A stretch of DNA of 64,000 nt from a bacterium. Lineage in GTDB: Bacteria > UBA8248 > JACPRG01 > G963555815. A model generated the notes under the pieces. The model did not search any database and was not told where the DNA came from. It saw nothing but the letters and a program-made list of their open reading frames with translations. This document shows positions 25,608-36,153 of this stretch, piece after piece; positions within the stretch are counted from its first letter, which is position 1; every line of letters begins with the position of its first letter. The stretch lies in contig CAUVWX020000001.1 in NCBI GenBank assembly GCA_963555815.3, positions 352,001 through 416,000 of the forward strand. Direction: 5' to 3'. A program made the translations under genes and the position numbers.

Positions 25608-26510
25608 TCAGATGTTGAACCAGGGGGTCACCCAGACGTATTTGATGTTAAACAAGATCCGAAGAATCATCTTGATCGGAATCGCCATCATCGTGAGGAA
25701 AAGAAAGGCCTTAATGGAATACCGGACGGCCCCCAGGTTCTCATGGCCGCCTGTCTTCAGGCGGTAGAGATACCAGAGGACGCCGAGGAAATAATATCCC
25801 GTCACGATGGAGGCCCCCGTGAGAAAAGCGCCCGAAGTCAGGAACGTGGCCGAGCTGCTCGCAAGCTCGCTCCTGAAGCCGAAGAGCTTGTCGGGGAGGT
25901 CCACGTTTGCCAGGGCCACCACCTTGTGGGGGTCCCACACTTGCCACGGCAGGAAGAAGTTCCACCCCGGACCCCGTAAAAAGACCCCATTCGTGATGAG
26001 AACGATCCAGAGAAAGAGGAACCCGAAGAGGAAGATGCTCACGGCCGACTTCCGCTCGGCGAAGGTGAAATAGCCGTTGCCTTTTGGGTTCAGGTCGATG
26101 AAAGGGATGAGCATCAGACCGAGGATGATGAGGCTCGGCAGCACCACCCCTGCGATCCAGGGGTCAAAGTAGACCAGCAACTCCTGAAGCCCCAGAAAAT
26201 ACCAGGGGGCCTTGGAGGGATTGGGGGTGACGGCGGGGTTGGCGGGCTCCTCCAGAGGGGCGTTGACCACAACGGCCCAAATGGTCAACACGATCATGAT
26301 GACCAGGGCGCAAAGGAATTCTGACCTCACGAGATAGGGCCAGACGTGGACCTTGTCCTCTTCTCGCGAGCGGCGCCGCTGTTTCACACCCATGGGGGTG
26401 CGGACGGCCGGTGTGCCCTTGGGCTGCGGGCTCGGGGCAGGAGGAGCCAGATGAGCCTTGGCCTCGGCGGCCGAATGGCCGCCGGATTTCTCTTTTTCTT
26501 CTTCAGCCAT
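25608..26510 (-). CDS. Cytochrome b C-terminal part (subunit IV-like)
   Basis: APLEEPANPAVTPNPSKAPWYF plus several TM helices. Confidence 0.85.
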   Translation of the reverse strand: MAEEEKEKSGGHSAAEAKAHLAPPAPSPQPKGTPAVRTPMGVKQRRRSREEDKVHVWPYLVRSEFLCALVIMIVLTIWAVVVNAPLEEPANPAVTPNPSKAPWYFLGLQELLVYFDPWIAGVVLPSLIILGLMLIPFIDLNPKGNGYFTFAERKSAVSIFLFGFLFLWIVLITNGVFLRGPGWNFFLPWQVWDPHKVVALANVDLPDKLFGFRSELASSSATFLTSGAFLTGASIVTGYYFLGVLWYLYRLKTGGHENLGAVRYSIKAFLFLTMMAIPIKMILRILFNIKYVWVTPWFNI

Positions 26511-26547
26511 CGTCCGCCTTTAGTGCCCTCTCAGAAAGGAACACTCC

Positions 26548-27324
26548 CTAAAGGGGCCCCGAGATCCCCCCGTCCTTCCGGATGCGCCAGAAGTGAACCA
26601 TCATGAGAAGGCTCGCGATGATGGGGATGACGATGCAGTGAAGGACGTAAAACCGCAAGAGGGATGGGGGGCCCACCAGCGTCCCGCCCGTGAGGAGGGC
26701 GCGGGCGTCAACGCGTGGGGTCACGCCCACTAAATCTGCAAAGGGTCCCTCGTGGCCCAAGAAGGGCGTCGACCTGGCCATATTAGTCCCCACCGTCACC
26801 GCCCAGATAGAGAGCTGATCCCAGGGAAGCAGATAACCCGTGAAACTCAAGAGCAGGGTGAAGGTGAGAAGCAGAACCCCAATGACCCAGTTAAACTCCC
26901 TGGGAGGTTTGTAGGACCCCGTCATGAAGACCCGAAACATGTGTAGCCAGACGGAAATCACCATCCCATGGGCCGCCCAGCGATGCATATTCCGCATCAG
27001 CATCCCAAAGGGGGCGTCAAATTCCAGATACTTCAAGTCGGCATAAGCAAACTCCCCCACCGGCCGGTAATAGAACATGAGGGCGACGCCAGTCACCACC
27101 GTGACCAGAAACATAAGGAAGGTGATCCCCCCCATGCACCAGGTGAACCGGACCCGAAGGGCATGGCGGCGAATCTTGGCCGGATGGAGGTGGAGCCACA
27201 CATTGTTTGCGACCTGGAGGACCCGGTTCCGCGAGGTATCGGCATAGCCGTGCCGGAACATGGACTTCCAGACGTAGGACTCGAAGACCTTTTTACCAAT
27301 GTCGTTCAGAATCGGCATGGACAC
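26548..27324 (-). CDS. Cytochrome b6-like N-terminal subunit
   Basis: WCMGG, RNMHRWAAH, FTGYLLPWDQ, RFYVLH. Confidence 0.93.
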   Translation of the reverse strand: MSMPILNDIGKKVFESYVWKSMFRHGYADTSRNRVLQVANNVWLHLHPAKIRRHALRVRFTWCMGGITFLMFLVTVVTGVALMFYYRPVGEFAYADLKYLEFDAPFGMLMRNMHRWAAHGMVISVWLHMFRVFMTGSYKPPREFNWVIGVLLLTFTLLLSFTGYLLPWDQLSIWAVTVGTNMARSTPFLGHEGPFADLVGVTPRVDARALLTGGTLVGPPSLLRFYVLHCIVIPIIASLLMMVHFWRIRKDGGISGPL

Positions 27325-27343
27325 ACCTTAAGCCCCAAAAGCT

Positions 27344-27883
27344 TTAGGCCCTCAGAAAGGCCTCGGGATCTAACCACTCTCCCTTTTCCTTGCGGAATCT
27401 CTTGGCCTTGTCGACGACGATGGTCCCCTCTTCATTCAAGGTGATCTTGACCCGCTCGAGGGGCCTGGGGGCGGGGCCCTCGAAGTTCACCCCGTCCCGA
27501 GTAAATCCGCTCCCATGACAGGGGCACTTGAACTTGTTCCCGGATCGAAGCCAATTGGGCGTGCAGCCAAGATGGGTGCACACGGCCAAGAGGGCATAAA
27601 AACCCTCCTGCTCGCGGACGATCCAGACTCTATTGGAGAGCTTAAACTTCTCGCTTACCTCGCCCATGACGAACTCGGAGGGTTTTCCCGCCTTGAAGAA
27701 AGTAGAGGGCTCAAAGAGAACCCGGGGATACATGTAGCGGACGGTCCCCAGGGCGCCGATCCCCAGGGCCGCAAAGAAGGCCCCCCAGGCGGCCACGGAG
27801 AAGAGGTGGCGCCGCGTGAACTCATCTCGCTCCCGCCTCACGCCGGACGGGGGGAACTTGGCCTTCTGGGCGGCCTCCGTCAC
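27344..27883 (-). CDS. Rieske 2Fe-2S subunit with Tat-like RR signal
   Basis: TRRHLF, CTHLGC, CPCHGS, GPAPRPL. Confidence 0.95.
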   Translation of the reverse strand: MTEAAQKAKFPPSGVRRERDEFTRRHLFSVAAWGAFFAALGIGALGTVRYMYPRVLFEPSTFFKAGKPSEFVMGEVSEKFKLSNRVWIVREQEGFYALLAVCTHLGCTPNWLRSGNKFKCPCHGSGFTRDGVNFEGPAPRPLERVKITLNEEGTIVVDKAKRFRKEKGEWLDPEAFLRA

Positions 27884-27915
27884 CTCGCTTCCCCTAGGGT
27901 AGGGATCCGTCTAAC

Positions 27916-27933
27916 CTGTGCAAAAATTCACAA
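27916..27933. promoter_or_regulatory. Rex- or CRP-like operator upstream of the Rieske operon
   Basis: TTGTGAATTTTTGCACAG (minus strand) vs TTGTGAANNNNTTCACAA; promoter TTGACA-16-TATAGT at 28118-28091. Confidence 0.5.
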
Positions 27934-28213
27934 ACTTCGAGCCAAAAAAACCTTCTCTCCCTCCCTGCAGGAGGTGAAAAGGCTCCGTTGACAACGTTCA
28001 CTGGAATCGTTCGCAGGACCAAGGAAGAACCGCCCAAAATATTCAATCACCATCTCGCTGCATCAACTGCACAACACCCTACTTCTTAAAACTATAAGGC
28101 ACCCTGACACCTTGTCAATTCTTTTTTCTCAGGCGGGCACAAGAGGGTTGCGCCACTTCTCATACCCCTTTGCCTCCGGGTCAATCCATCCATCGCCCTG
28201 CGTCATCTGAGCC

Positions 28214-29257
28214 CTACGAGACTGTTCCCGATTCCGTCGGCCCAGCCACAGGAAAGGACCGCGCCTCCCCCTTTTCGACGGCGGATTTCCCCCAAACGTT
28301 CACGCCGCTTCCAATGATGAGGTTATGTTGCAGGGCCCAGTCATAAAGCCGGCCGGTCTTTAGGGAACCATGAAGCACTCTTGTCTCTTGAAAACCGGCC
28401 TCCTGGAACCAGCCCAGCACCTCTTCTTCCGTGTGGTGGAACTGATAACGTGGAGAGTACCAGTCAAAATTGTCGCAACGGCGGATCCGAAAGTCGGGAT
28501 GTGTCGAGAGGCAGAGGAGCTTGCTGAGAACCGTCCGAAGCCCAGGGATCCCTCCCAGAACGGCCCCCCCGAAGGCGAGGCCGCGAAGGGCTGGATCCCC
28601 AAGGCGGATCGTGATGGCCCGGGCCGCCGAGTTCAGGGCCTCCTGGAAGGCCCAATTTCTTCGGTAAAGCCAGATGGCCATCTCCCCACCCTGCCTCAGG
28701 AGGGGGGCGAGTGCCCGAAAGGCCTGGCGGGTGTCCGGCGTATGGTCGAGGACGCCAATAGAGAAGATGCGGTCAAAGAGGTTTGGGCGGAAGGGGTGCC
28801 GGACGAGGTCTCCCTGAATCACGTGGACCTTCGGCAGTCCCCGGCAGACCTCCCTCGCCTTCTCGACAGCCGCACTTCCGTCCACGGCCAGTATCTCGGC
28901 CCCGAGTTCCGCCGCCTGGACGGCATAGCGCCCGCTCCCGCAGCCGGCGTCGAGGACGAGGGCACCTCGAAGCCCCTCAGGGTGAAACCCGGTCTTTGCG
29001 AAAAAGGTCGCCCGGTCCTCATCGGGCCTCTGGACTTCGTACCGCTGCCACTGGATCCCAAAGCTTTCGGTGTAGCCTTCGAAATCTTCGGGCAAGAGCC
29101 GGGGGATCCCCCTCAGGATGGGATAGCGCGCCCCACAGACCCCACAGGGGAGAATTCCTCGCTCGATCTCCCCACGGTTGTCCTCTTGGATCTCCGGAGG
29201 GAGAAAGGAGTTGTGGCAGCGGGGACAAGCCAACCAGTCCAGGATCTTAGGCTTCAT
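28214..29257 (-). CDS. Trm112-like Zn-finger domain fused to SAM methyltransferase
   Basis: LACPRC...C..CGARYPI..GIPRLL; VLDAGCGSG. Confidence 0.88.
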   Translation of the reverse strand: MKPKILDWLACPRCHNSFLPPEIQEDNRGEIERGILPCGVCGARYPILRGIPRLLPEDFEGYTESFGIQWQRYEVQRPDEDRATFFAKTGFHPEGLRGALVLDAGCGSGRYAVQAAELGAEILAVDGSAAVEKAREVCRGLPKVHVIQGDLVRHPFRPNLFDRIFSIGVLDHTPDTRQAFRALAPLLRQGGEMAIWLYRRNWAFQEALNSAARAITIRLGDPALRGLAFGGAVLGGIPGLRTVLSKLLCLSTHPDFRIRRCDNFDWYSPRYQFHHTEEEVLGWFQEAGFQETRVLHGSLKTGRLYDWALQHNLIIGSGVNVWGKSAVEKGEARSFPVAGPTESGTVS

Positions 29258-29317
29258 ACAAACACTAGAGGATGAGACAGACGAGGTGGATGGGGCACTT
29301 GGGCAGTCCGTCCACCA

Positions 29318-30505
29318 CTAAGACCGTTCTCCATAAGGGCCGTCCCCGTCTGGAGAGAGGAATTTGGATCCCTTCGGGACTTTTTGGGCGAGGGCCAAAA
29401 GCCCCCCCACCTCCTGGTCCAGGATCTGGGGGAGGTCAAAGCGGGCTTGAACCTCCGCCCTTGCCGCCTGGCCCAGGCCGTCCGCCAGCTTTCGATCGGC
29501 CACCAGACGTTCAATGGCCGCCGACACGGCCTCGGGGCGCAATGAGACAAGAAGGCCCGTCTCGCCGTCCCGAATGACGTTGCGAAGGAACGGAAGGTCC
29601 GAAACCACACAGGGGAGCCCGCAGCTCATGGCCTCCAGGAGCGCCTTTGGGTGACCTTCCAGGAGGGAGGGCAATACGAAGATATTGGCCCGCTGATATT
29701 CTCGGTGCAGATCTCCGTGGGGGACAACGCCGGGCATCTCCAGGCGAAGACCCATAGACCGGCCCATCTCCTCGAGGGCGTTTCGCTCAGCTCCGTCTCC
29801 GATCAGCCGGACTGTCACCGGCCACGGAAGACGCGCAACCGCCGACAGAAGGAGTTTTAGATTCTTCTGGGGCGAGAGTCTCCCCACGAAAAGGAGAACC
29901 GGGCCCCCTTCGGCAGAAATTTCTGCTCGCACGCCATCCCCCGGGGGGCTGAAGCGGCGGGTATCCACGCCGTTAGGACAGAAGAGGATGCGCTTTCCAG
30001 GGTGCCGGGACTTCACCTCTTGTGCAAGCTGGGGCGCCGTGACGATGATCGCCTCAAAGAGGCGAAGGGCCCACTTCGTCCGGAGGCGAAAGAGGAACTG
30101 GCGAAACCAGCCAGCCCCCTCAATCCGGGCGTGGGCGTCGTAGAGATAGCCGTAAGTCCCCACCACGGGAATCCGGTAGAGGAGCCTCGCCAGGCAGGCC
30201 GGGACCTCGCCCGTCAGCTGGAGCACCCGAAGAACGTCGCACTCCCGAAAGGCCTTTCGGTGAACAATGGGCATCCAGAAGGCGTAGAGCCAGCGGTGGA
30301 GCCCGCTGGAATTTCCCAGAATCTCGGCCCCGTGATAGGAGCCCCCTTCCCGGCCGTACGAGAAAAAAACCACCCGGTCGAAGGATTTCAGGTAGCGTGA
30401 CAGGTAGTAGCCCAGGCGGTCCGCCTGGCCCGTTGAGGCGTAGCTCGCAAGGCTCCCCCCCTGTTCAGGAAGGACGCCGATGACAAGCCCCCTGGCAGGA
30501 CTCAC
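29318..30505 (-). CDS. Glycosyltransferase family 4
   Basis: NGVD, FVGRLSPQKN, EGHPKALLEAMSCG; GTG start after AAGGAG. Confidence 0.92.
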   Translation of the reverse strand: MSPARGLVIGVLPEQGGSLASYASTGQADRLGYYLSRYLKSFDRVVFFSYGREGGSYHGAEILGNSSGLHRWLYAFWMPIVHRKAFRECDVLRVLQLTGEVPACLARLLYRIPVVGTYGYLYDAHARIEGAGWFRQFLFRLRTKWALRLFEAIIVTAPQLAQEVKSRHPGKRILFCPNGVDTRRFSPPGDGVRAEISAEGGPVLLFVGRLSPQKNLKLLLSAVARLPWPVTVRLIGDGAERNALEEMGRSMGLRLEMPGVVPHGDLHREYQRANIFVLPSLLEGHPKALLEAMSCGLPCVVSDLPFLRNVIRDGETGLLVSLRPEAVSAAIERLVADRKLADGLGQAARAEVQARFDLPQILDQEVGGLLALAQKVPKGSKFLSPDGDGPYGERS

Positions 30506-30788
30506 ACCGCGCTCCTTTCCTTGGGGCGAACAACCTCGGCCTTCCCACTCGCCTGCTATGGGGACTTCTCTCGTTCTCATTCCGAATCACTCAAACCAAA
30601 GACCCCACACAGGAATCGGGTCAGTGACCGCCTTTTACACCTTCTTAACGGGCAGGGCAACGGATTCTACGCCGTCGCCCGGAGGTCAAAAAGGACTTGA
30701 CCCTGCCAAAGAAGGAAGAGATAAGAGAACTCGTCTTTTTTAGAAGATGTCCTTTCCCGTGGATGGCTTGCCCTGTTCGGTCCTTCTT

Positions 30789-30816
30789 AAACTGAGGGGG
30801 ATCCCCCCCTCAGTTT
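30789..30816. other. Perfect 12-bp inverted repeat in divergent intergenic region
   Basis: AAACTGAGGGGG-ATCC-CCCCCTCAGTTT. Confidence 0.7.
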
Positions 30817-30876
30817 CGGGAACCCTGAGATTTGGACCGACTCAGAATCCGTCGACATCCGATAGGTAGCGATTAG

Positions 30877-32496
30877 ATGTCGCCTGAAGACGCCCAAAGG
30901 AGGGGTTTTCTCCTCCTTTTCATCGCTACTTGGCTTTTTCTTTATACCCTTTTTCCCCAGTGGTCCCTCCCGGTATCGTCTGGCCTCAAGGGAGGAATCT
31001 TCGCCGCCTACCTCGTCTATTTCGCTGCCAATGGACTTCTCCTCTGGTTCCTCTTAAAAAAGGAATCTTTCTCTGAGCCACAAGGGGAACGCGAGGCAGG
31101 GTTCTTCATCCGCCTTCGAGGGAATCGGTCTCTCCTTCTCCTTTTGGGGCTGGCCTTTGTCCTCCACCTCATCTTCGCCCTGACCCTGCCTGAGAATTTT
31201 TATGGTACTGACGAGGAGTATCACCTCTACACCTCCACGATGATCGTCCACAAGTTCGACACTCTACTGGCAAGGGCTCGGCCCTTCTCCTTTGTGTGGG
31301 CCCTTCGAGGGGTGGTCTTGGTGGTAGCCCTCGCGGCGTTCCTCGGGCTTCGGCGAGGATGGCCATCTTTTCGAAACAGGGTTCTTCGCCTGGTGAGCTT
31401 GCCAGGGGGGATAGGCGCGGGGCTCCTTGTGGTCGGCTCCTTCCTCCTCATTCTTCTTTCTGGCATCCCGGTGCCGTCAGACCTCTTTGAATACCCTCCC
31501 ATGGGAAAGCTCCTTTACCTCGGGTCTTTTGCATTCTTCCAGGTCAATGTGGTCTCGGCCCGACTCGTTCAGATCGGCTTCGCGCTGGCCAGTGGAGTGG
31601 TGGTCTATGAGCTCACCCGGCTCTACCGTGACGGGCAGACGGGAACCCTCGCAGCCGGCATCTTCCTCTTTTCCCCCGCCGTTTTCTTCTTCGGTCATAT
31701 GGCCGATCTGGAGTCCGGGGTGGTCTTCTTCCTGCTTTTGACGGCCTACTGGTTTCTCAGGCACGAAAAGAGCGGGCAAACGCGAGACCTTCTTTGGGCC
31801 ATGTACTTCGTGGGACTGGGCTACAACTACAAGCCGGTGGTGGTCTATGTCTTCTTTGTCTTCTGGGCCTTCTGGCTCCTGACGCGTCTGAGATCCCTCT
31901 CCCCGGAGAGCCTGCGAGGCCTTCTGCGCCTCATCTCTTATAGCTGGGTGGGCGTGGTCCCCATCCTCCCCGGCCTCTTACAGAACGTCAATTTTTCATC
32001 GCGACTGTTCGGGTGGGTGCCGGCACGATTTGGGAGTTTTACGGATACCACGACTTACTTCCAGTCCCTTCCTTCAGAGGTCACCTTTGGCGTGTTCGTC
32101 CTTTTCCTGGGGGGTGTGGCGTGGGGTCTCTGGAGGCAGCTGGACGCTTGGACAGGCTATCTCCTCCTCTGGTTCATCTTTTTCTACGGGATCTTCACCA
32201 GTTGGATCTACTTCCCCGATGTCCGCTTCCTGGCCTACTTTGTGCCACCGGTGGCAATGCTCGCGGCCCCGGTTTTTCGAGAGCTCCTGAAAAGGCTAAA
32301 ATACCCTCTCGTTGCTGCAGGACTGGTGGTGGCATTGCTGGCGCACCTGGTCTATTCTAGCGCGTTCGTTGGGTTCCCCCCCCCAGGGAGGACGATTGAC
32401 CGCCAAAAAGTCCCAGAGGCTGAGCGGCAGTTTACCCGTGAGGCTGGTGAGCGTCGGCTTCGCAGGCTAGATCGATGGCGCCCCAAGGGTCAGTAG
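30877..32496 (+). CDS. ArnT/GT-C family membrane glycosyltransferase (C-terminus possibly truncated)
   Basis: Many TM helices, DEEYH, YPP, RFL motifs. Confidence 0.75.
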   Translation: MSPEDAQRRGFLLLFIATWLFLYTLFPQWSLPVSSGLKGGIFAAYLVYFAANGLLLWFLLKKESFSEPQGEREAGFFIRLRGNRSLLLLLGLAFVLHLIFALTLPENFYGTDEEYHLYTSTMIVHKFDTLLARARPFSFVWALRGVVLVVALAAFLGLRRGWPSFRNRVLRLVSLPGGIGAGLLVVGSFLLILLSGIPVPSDLFEYPPMGKLLYLGSFAFFQVNVVSARLVQIGFALASGVVVYELTRLYRDGQTGTLAAGIFLFSPAVFFFGHMADLESGVVFFLLLTAYWFLRHEKSGQTRDLLWAMYFVGLGYNYKPVVVYVFFVFWAFWLLTRLRSLSPESLRGLLRLISYSWVGVVPILPGLLQNVNFSSRLFGWVPARFGSFTDTTTYFQSLPSEVTFGVFVLFLGGVAWGLWRQLDAWTGYLLLWFIFFYGIFTSWIYFPDVRFLAYFVPPVAMLAAPVFRELLKRLKYPLVAAGLVVALLAHLVYSSAFVGFPPPGRTIDRQKVPEAERQFTREAGERRLRRLDRWRPKGQ

Positions 32497-32507
32497 AGGA
32501 ACGTATT

Positions 32508-33941
32508 GTGGAAAAGATCGCCGTCAGGGCCCACTTCAACAAGATGGCCCCTGACTACGACTACTGGAAGCGCAAGAACTGGTACTACCACTTTTTCATA
32601 AAACGCTTCTTGAGGTCTCGGATCGCATCCCGTCGAGATGTGTTGGAACTCGGTTGCGGGACAGGGGAAATCCTGGCGAGTTTAGATCCTCGGCGCGGCC
32701 TCGGGGTTGATATGAGCAAGGAGATGGTCCGGATCGCCAGGGCCAAGTTTCCAGACCTCGTCTTTGAAGTCGGCGACGCAGAACATCTCGGTGTCGAGGG
32801 ACGGTTCGATTACGTCGTCATGGTGGACCTGATCGACCATCTCTCCGACATCTGGGCGGCCTTAGGCGCCGTCCAGCCGGTCTTTAAGCCCAGGGGTCGT
32901 TTCCTCATCACGACCATCAATCCGTTCTGGGAACCCCTCTTCTCCTTGGCCGAATCCCTCCGGATGAAGATGCCCGAGGGGCCTCACAACTTCGTCCCTT
33001 TAGAGGATATCTGCAATCTACTCGTGTCGAGAGGTTTTAGCGTGGAGGAGAAGGGTTTTCACTTCTTTGTTCCAAAGCGGATCCCCCTTCTCACCGGCCT
33101 TCTGAACGCCATCCTCTCCCGCGTCCCAATCCTGAGGAGACTCGGGATGATCCAATATGTCGTTGCGAAGCCAAAAGAAGCGAAGAGAGAGGAGCTGACC
33201 GCCTCTGTCGTGATCCCCTGTCTGAATGAGGCCCAAGGCATCCGGGCCTGCCTTGAGCGGGTCCCCTTCGACCCAAAGATCCTGGAGATTATTGTCGTGG
33301 ACGACGGCTCGACAGACGGGACGGCCGACGTCGTCCGCGAGGTCCAGCAGACACATCCGAGGGTTCGCCTGATCTCCTACCAGCCGAACCGGGGCAAGTG
33401 CTTCGCAGTCCAGGAGGGGTTTCGAGCCGCCCGAGGGGATGTCCTGATCATCCTGGACGCCGATATGTCGGTCCCGCCGGAGGAGATACCGAGATTCCTG
33501 GAGCCCATCGCCGACGGCCATGCCCACTTCGTCAACGGGACGCGGATGACCTATCCGATGGAGGCGCAGTCCATGCGGTTTCTGAACCTCCTCGGCAACA
33601 AGTTCTTTGGGCTCATCCTGAGCGGGCTCATGGGCCAGCGGATCACAGACTGTCTTTGCGGGACGAAGGCCCTGCTGCGCGAGGATTTTGAGCGGATCCC
33701 GATGGGGCGAGACCCCTGGGGCGATTTTGACCTCCTCTTCGGCGCCGCCCGGCAAAAGCTCACCATTGTAGAGATGCCCGTCCACTACCGGTGTCGGGTG
33801 GCGGATCGCTCCAAGATGATGAGGCTGCGCCATGGCCTGAGCCTCCTAAAAATGTGTTTCGTTGGCCTATGGGAGCTCAGACTTCAGCCCTGGCTGCAGG
33901 AATGGCGGTGGGCTCATCGAGAGAGGACCCGTCCGAGCTGA
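32508..33941 (+). CDS. Methyltransferase-GT2 fusion (polyprenol-phosphate glycosyltransferase-like)
   Basis: VLELGCGTG; SVVIPCLNE, VDDGSTDGT, LDAD, DPWGDFDLL. Confidence 0.9.
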   Translation: MEKIAVRAHFNKMAPDYDYWKRKNWYYHFFIKRFLRSRIASRRDVLELGCGTGEILASLDPRRGLGVDMSKEMVRIARAKFPDLVFEVGDAEHLGVEGRFDYVVMVDLIDHLSDIWAALGAVQPVFKPRGRFLITTINPFWEPLFSLAESLRMKMPEGPHNFVPLEDICNLLVSRGFSVEEKGFHFFVPKRIPLLTGLLNAILSRVPILRRLGMIQYVVAKPKEAKREELTASVVIPCLNEAQGIRACLERVPFDPKILEIIVVDDGSTDGTADVVREVQQTHPRVRLISYQPNRGKCFAVQEGFRAARGDVLIILDADMSVPPEEIPRFLEPIADGHAHFVNGTRMTYPMEAQSMRFLNLLGNKFFGLILSGLMGQRITDCLCGTKALLREDFERIPMGRDPWGDFDLLFGAARQKLTIVEMPVHYRCRVADRSKMMRLRHGLSLLKMCFVGLWELRLQPWLQEWRWAHRERTRPS

Positions 33942-34112
33942 ATCCAGGGGCGGAAGACCTGAAACGCTCAGGGAGAAGGGAAGTGTCCTGGCCGAGGGAT
34001 CGCATCTGTCACGGATTTCCTGGGCGAGAGGCGCCGGGACAGCGTTGAAAATGTCCCGTATTTCTGGTATTGACTCGTATCGATGCATGGTGATGTAACA
34101 AAAGGGTTTGAC

Positions 34113-35135
34113 ATGTCGACGCCGGGAAATTTTGTGCTGGCCTTCGGGGAATATCTCCTGAAGCGAAACCTCAAGCACATGATCGTCCATGTGACGAATC
34201 GCTGTAATTTTCGCTGCGAGCATTGCTTCATCGATTTTTCGCCGAAACGCGACATGACGTTGGAGCAGTATCGGCAGCTGGGGCGTGAGGCGGGGAAGCT
34301 GTTCTGGTTGGACATCGGCGGCGGCGAGCCATTCCTGCGCCATGACCTGGCCGAGATCGTTGGGTGCTTCGAAGCCCGGGTCGTCCAAATCCCGTCCAAC
34401 GGCTCATTGCCGGACCCGATCATCGACAACCTGACCCGCATAAAGAAGAAGATGCGCGCTGAGATCACTTTCTCCCTCAGTCTGGATGGTCTGCCAGAAA
34501 CTCATGCCAAGATTCGCGGCCAGAAGGACAATTGGGATCAGGTGTGGTCGACCTTTGAGAAGGTTCGTTCCCTTGGTGGTGTATCGATTAAGATCAACAC
34601 GGTCATCACCAAGTCGAACTTCGATGAAATCATTCCGTTGATGAAGATGGTTCGCGGACACAAGCCGGACTTCCACTCAATCATCCTCTTGCGCGGCGAC
34701 CCCATGGACCCGGGTGTCGAACTGCCGTCACTCGACGAGTTGCGCCGCGTTGCGCCAGAGATATTTTCGATCCTGGGCACGTACGACTACGGGCAGAACT
34801 TCGCCACATCGCACATCCTGCGCAATTACCACAGGTTTCTGTGGAGGACGTCACTGCAGACCATCGAGGAACGCCGTCAGGTGATCCCCTGCCAGGCGGG
34901 CAAATTCCACATGGTAGTGCTCGGCAACGGGCGCGTCTCCTCGTGTGAGATGTTGGAACCCGTCGGTGATCTGAACCTCCAGACCTTTAAAGAGATAAAA
35001 TAAAGCACGGCTTTTCGGGATCAAGTGAGATCGATCGAAAATGGGGAATGTCACTGCACGCACAACTGCGCGATGGTGGGCAGCATCCTATTCAACCCAA
35101 CCCAGCTGATAAAGCTTGCACGACAAACCGTCTGA
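34113..35135 (+). pseudogene. Radical SAM/SPASM protein interrupted by TAA at 35001-35003
   Basis: CNFRCEHC and GGGEP; the frame continues 43 codons past the TAA with CHCTHNC. Confidence 0.8.
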
Positions 35136-36120
35136 GGTCTGGCGCGGCGACTCCGATCGCTGTGCGGTCATCATCCCCTTCCAGGATAACTTCGCCCTCC
35201 TTGCCAATTGCCTGAGCGCACTCCTCAACGCCCTGCCCCCAGGGGTGCGAATCGTCTTGGTCGACGATGCCAGCACCGCGCCACCGGAGCGAGAGGGCGT
35301 CCTCTCGTCCCTGCTGAGCCACCCGTCGCTGGTGCTGCTGCGGCACGCGGAAAATCGAGGCCCGGGGGCGGCTCGGAACACCGCCATCGCCTGGTGTTGG
35401 GACAACAGTATCGACACCGCCATTTTGCTAGACTCGGATTGCGTACCGCCCAGCGACTTCATCGAAGCGCATCTCGCTTTGCATCAACAACACAAAGACG
35501 TGATCTGCGCCGGCGGCGCGATCCGGGGCACGGGGGAGAGTTTATGGGCGCGGCTGGACGGTGTGATGTCCTGGTTCACCTCGATGCCTGATGCACCAAT
35601 GCGCGAGGTAAAGCCACCGCTGCACATCCCGACAACGAATATGAGCTTGAAGCTGCTTGCCTCGCGGCGAAGTCTCTTGGTCTTTAACGAGCGTTTGCGA
35701 ACTGGATAGGACGTCGCCTTCGTCAATTCGCTATACCGTGCCGGGGAGCGTTTAGTGTTTTCGCCGACGCCAGAGATCGTCCACCGTGATCGCACAGACT
35801 TCCGCGGCTTCATGCACCACCAGTACGGTTGGGGTCTGCACACCTACTTGGTGCAATGGGGCGAAAGGACGCACGGCCTGCCGATACGATTGGCCATCGC
35901 TACCATTTTTCTGCTGGCGGCACCGGGCTACGCGGCGTTGGCGACCTGGCTGAACATGCGACCCTGGCTTGCCGCACGGCCGCGTGATTGGTGGCCAATC
36001 CCGGCCGTTTACCTCTGCTATCTGTACAAGACCGTCGCCATCGTGCACGGGACCCTCAGGCCAACTGCCGCCAGTCGCGGCTGTGACGCCAGCACGGCCC
36101 CGGCCTTAAAAATTTCTTGA
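35116..36120 (+). pseudogene. GT2 glycosyltransferase interrupted by TAG at 35707-35709
   Basis: VDDAS, LDSDC; TG*DV where GED is expected; in frame with ORF 35755..36120. Confidence 0.8.
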
Positions 36121-36153
36121 CACCCTTGGCGGAGAAAGGTAAGAAAGAAACAT

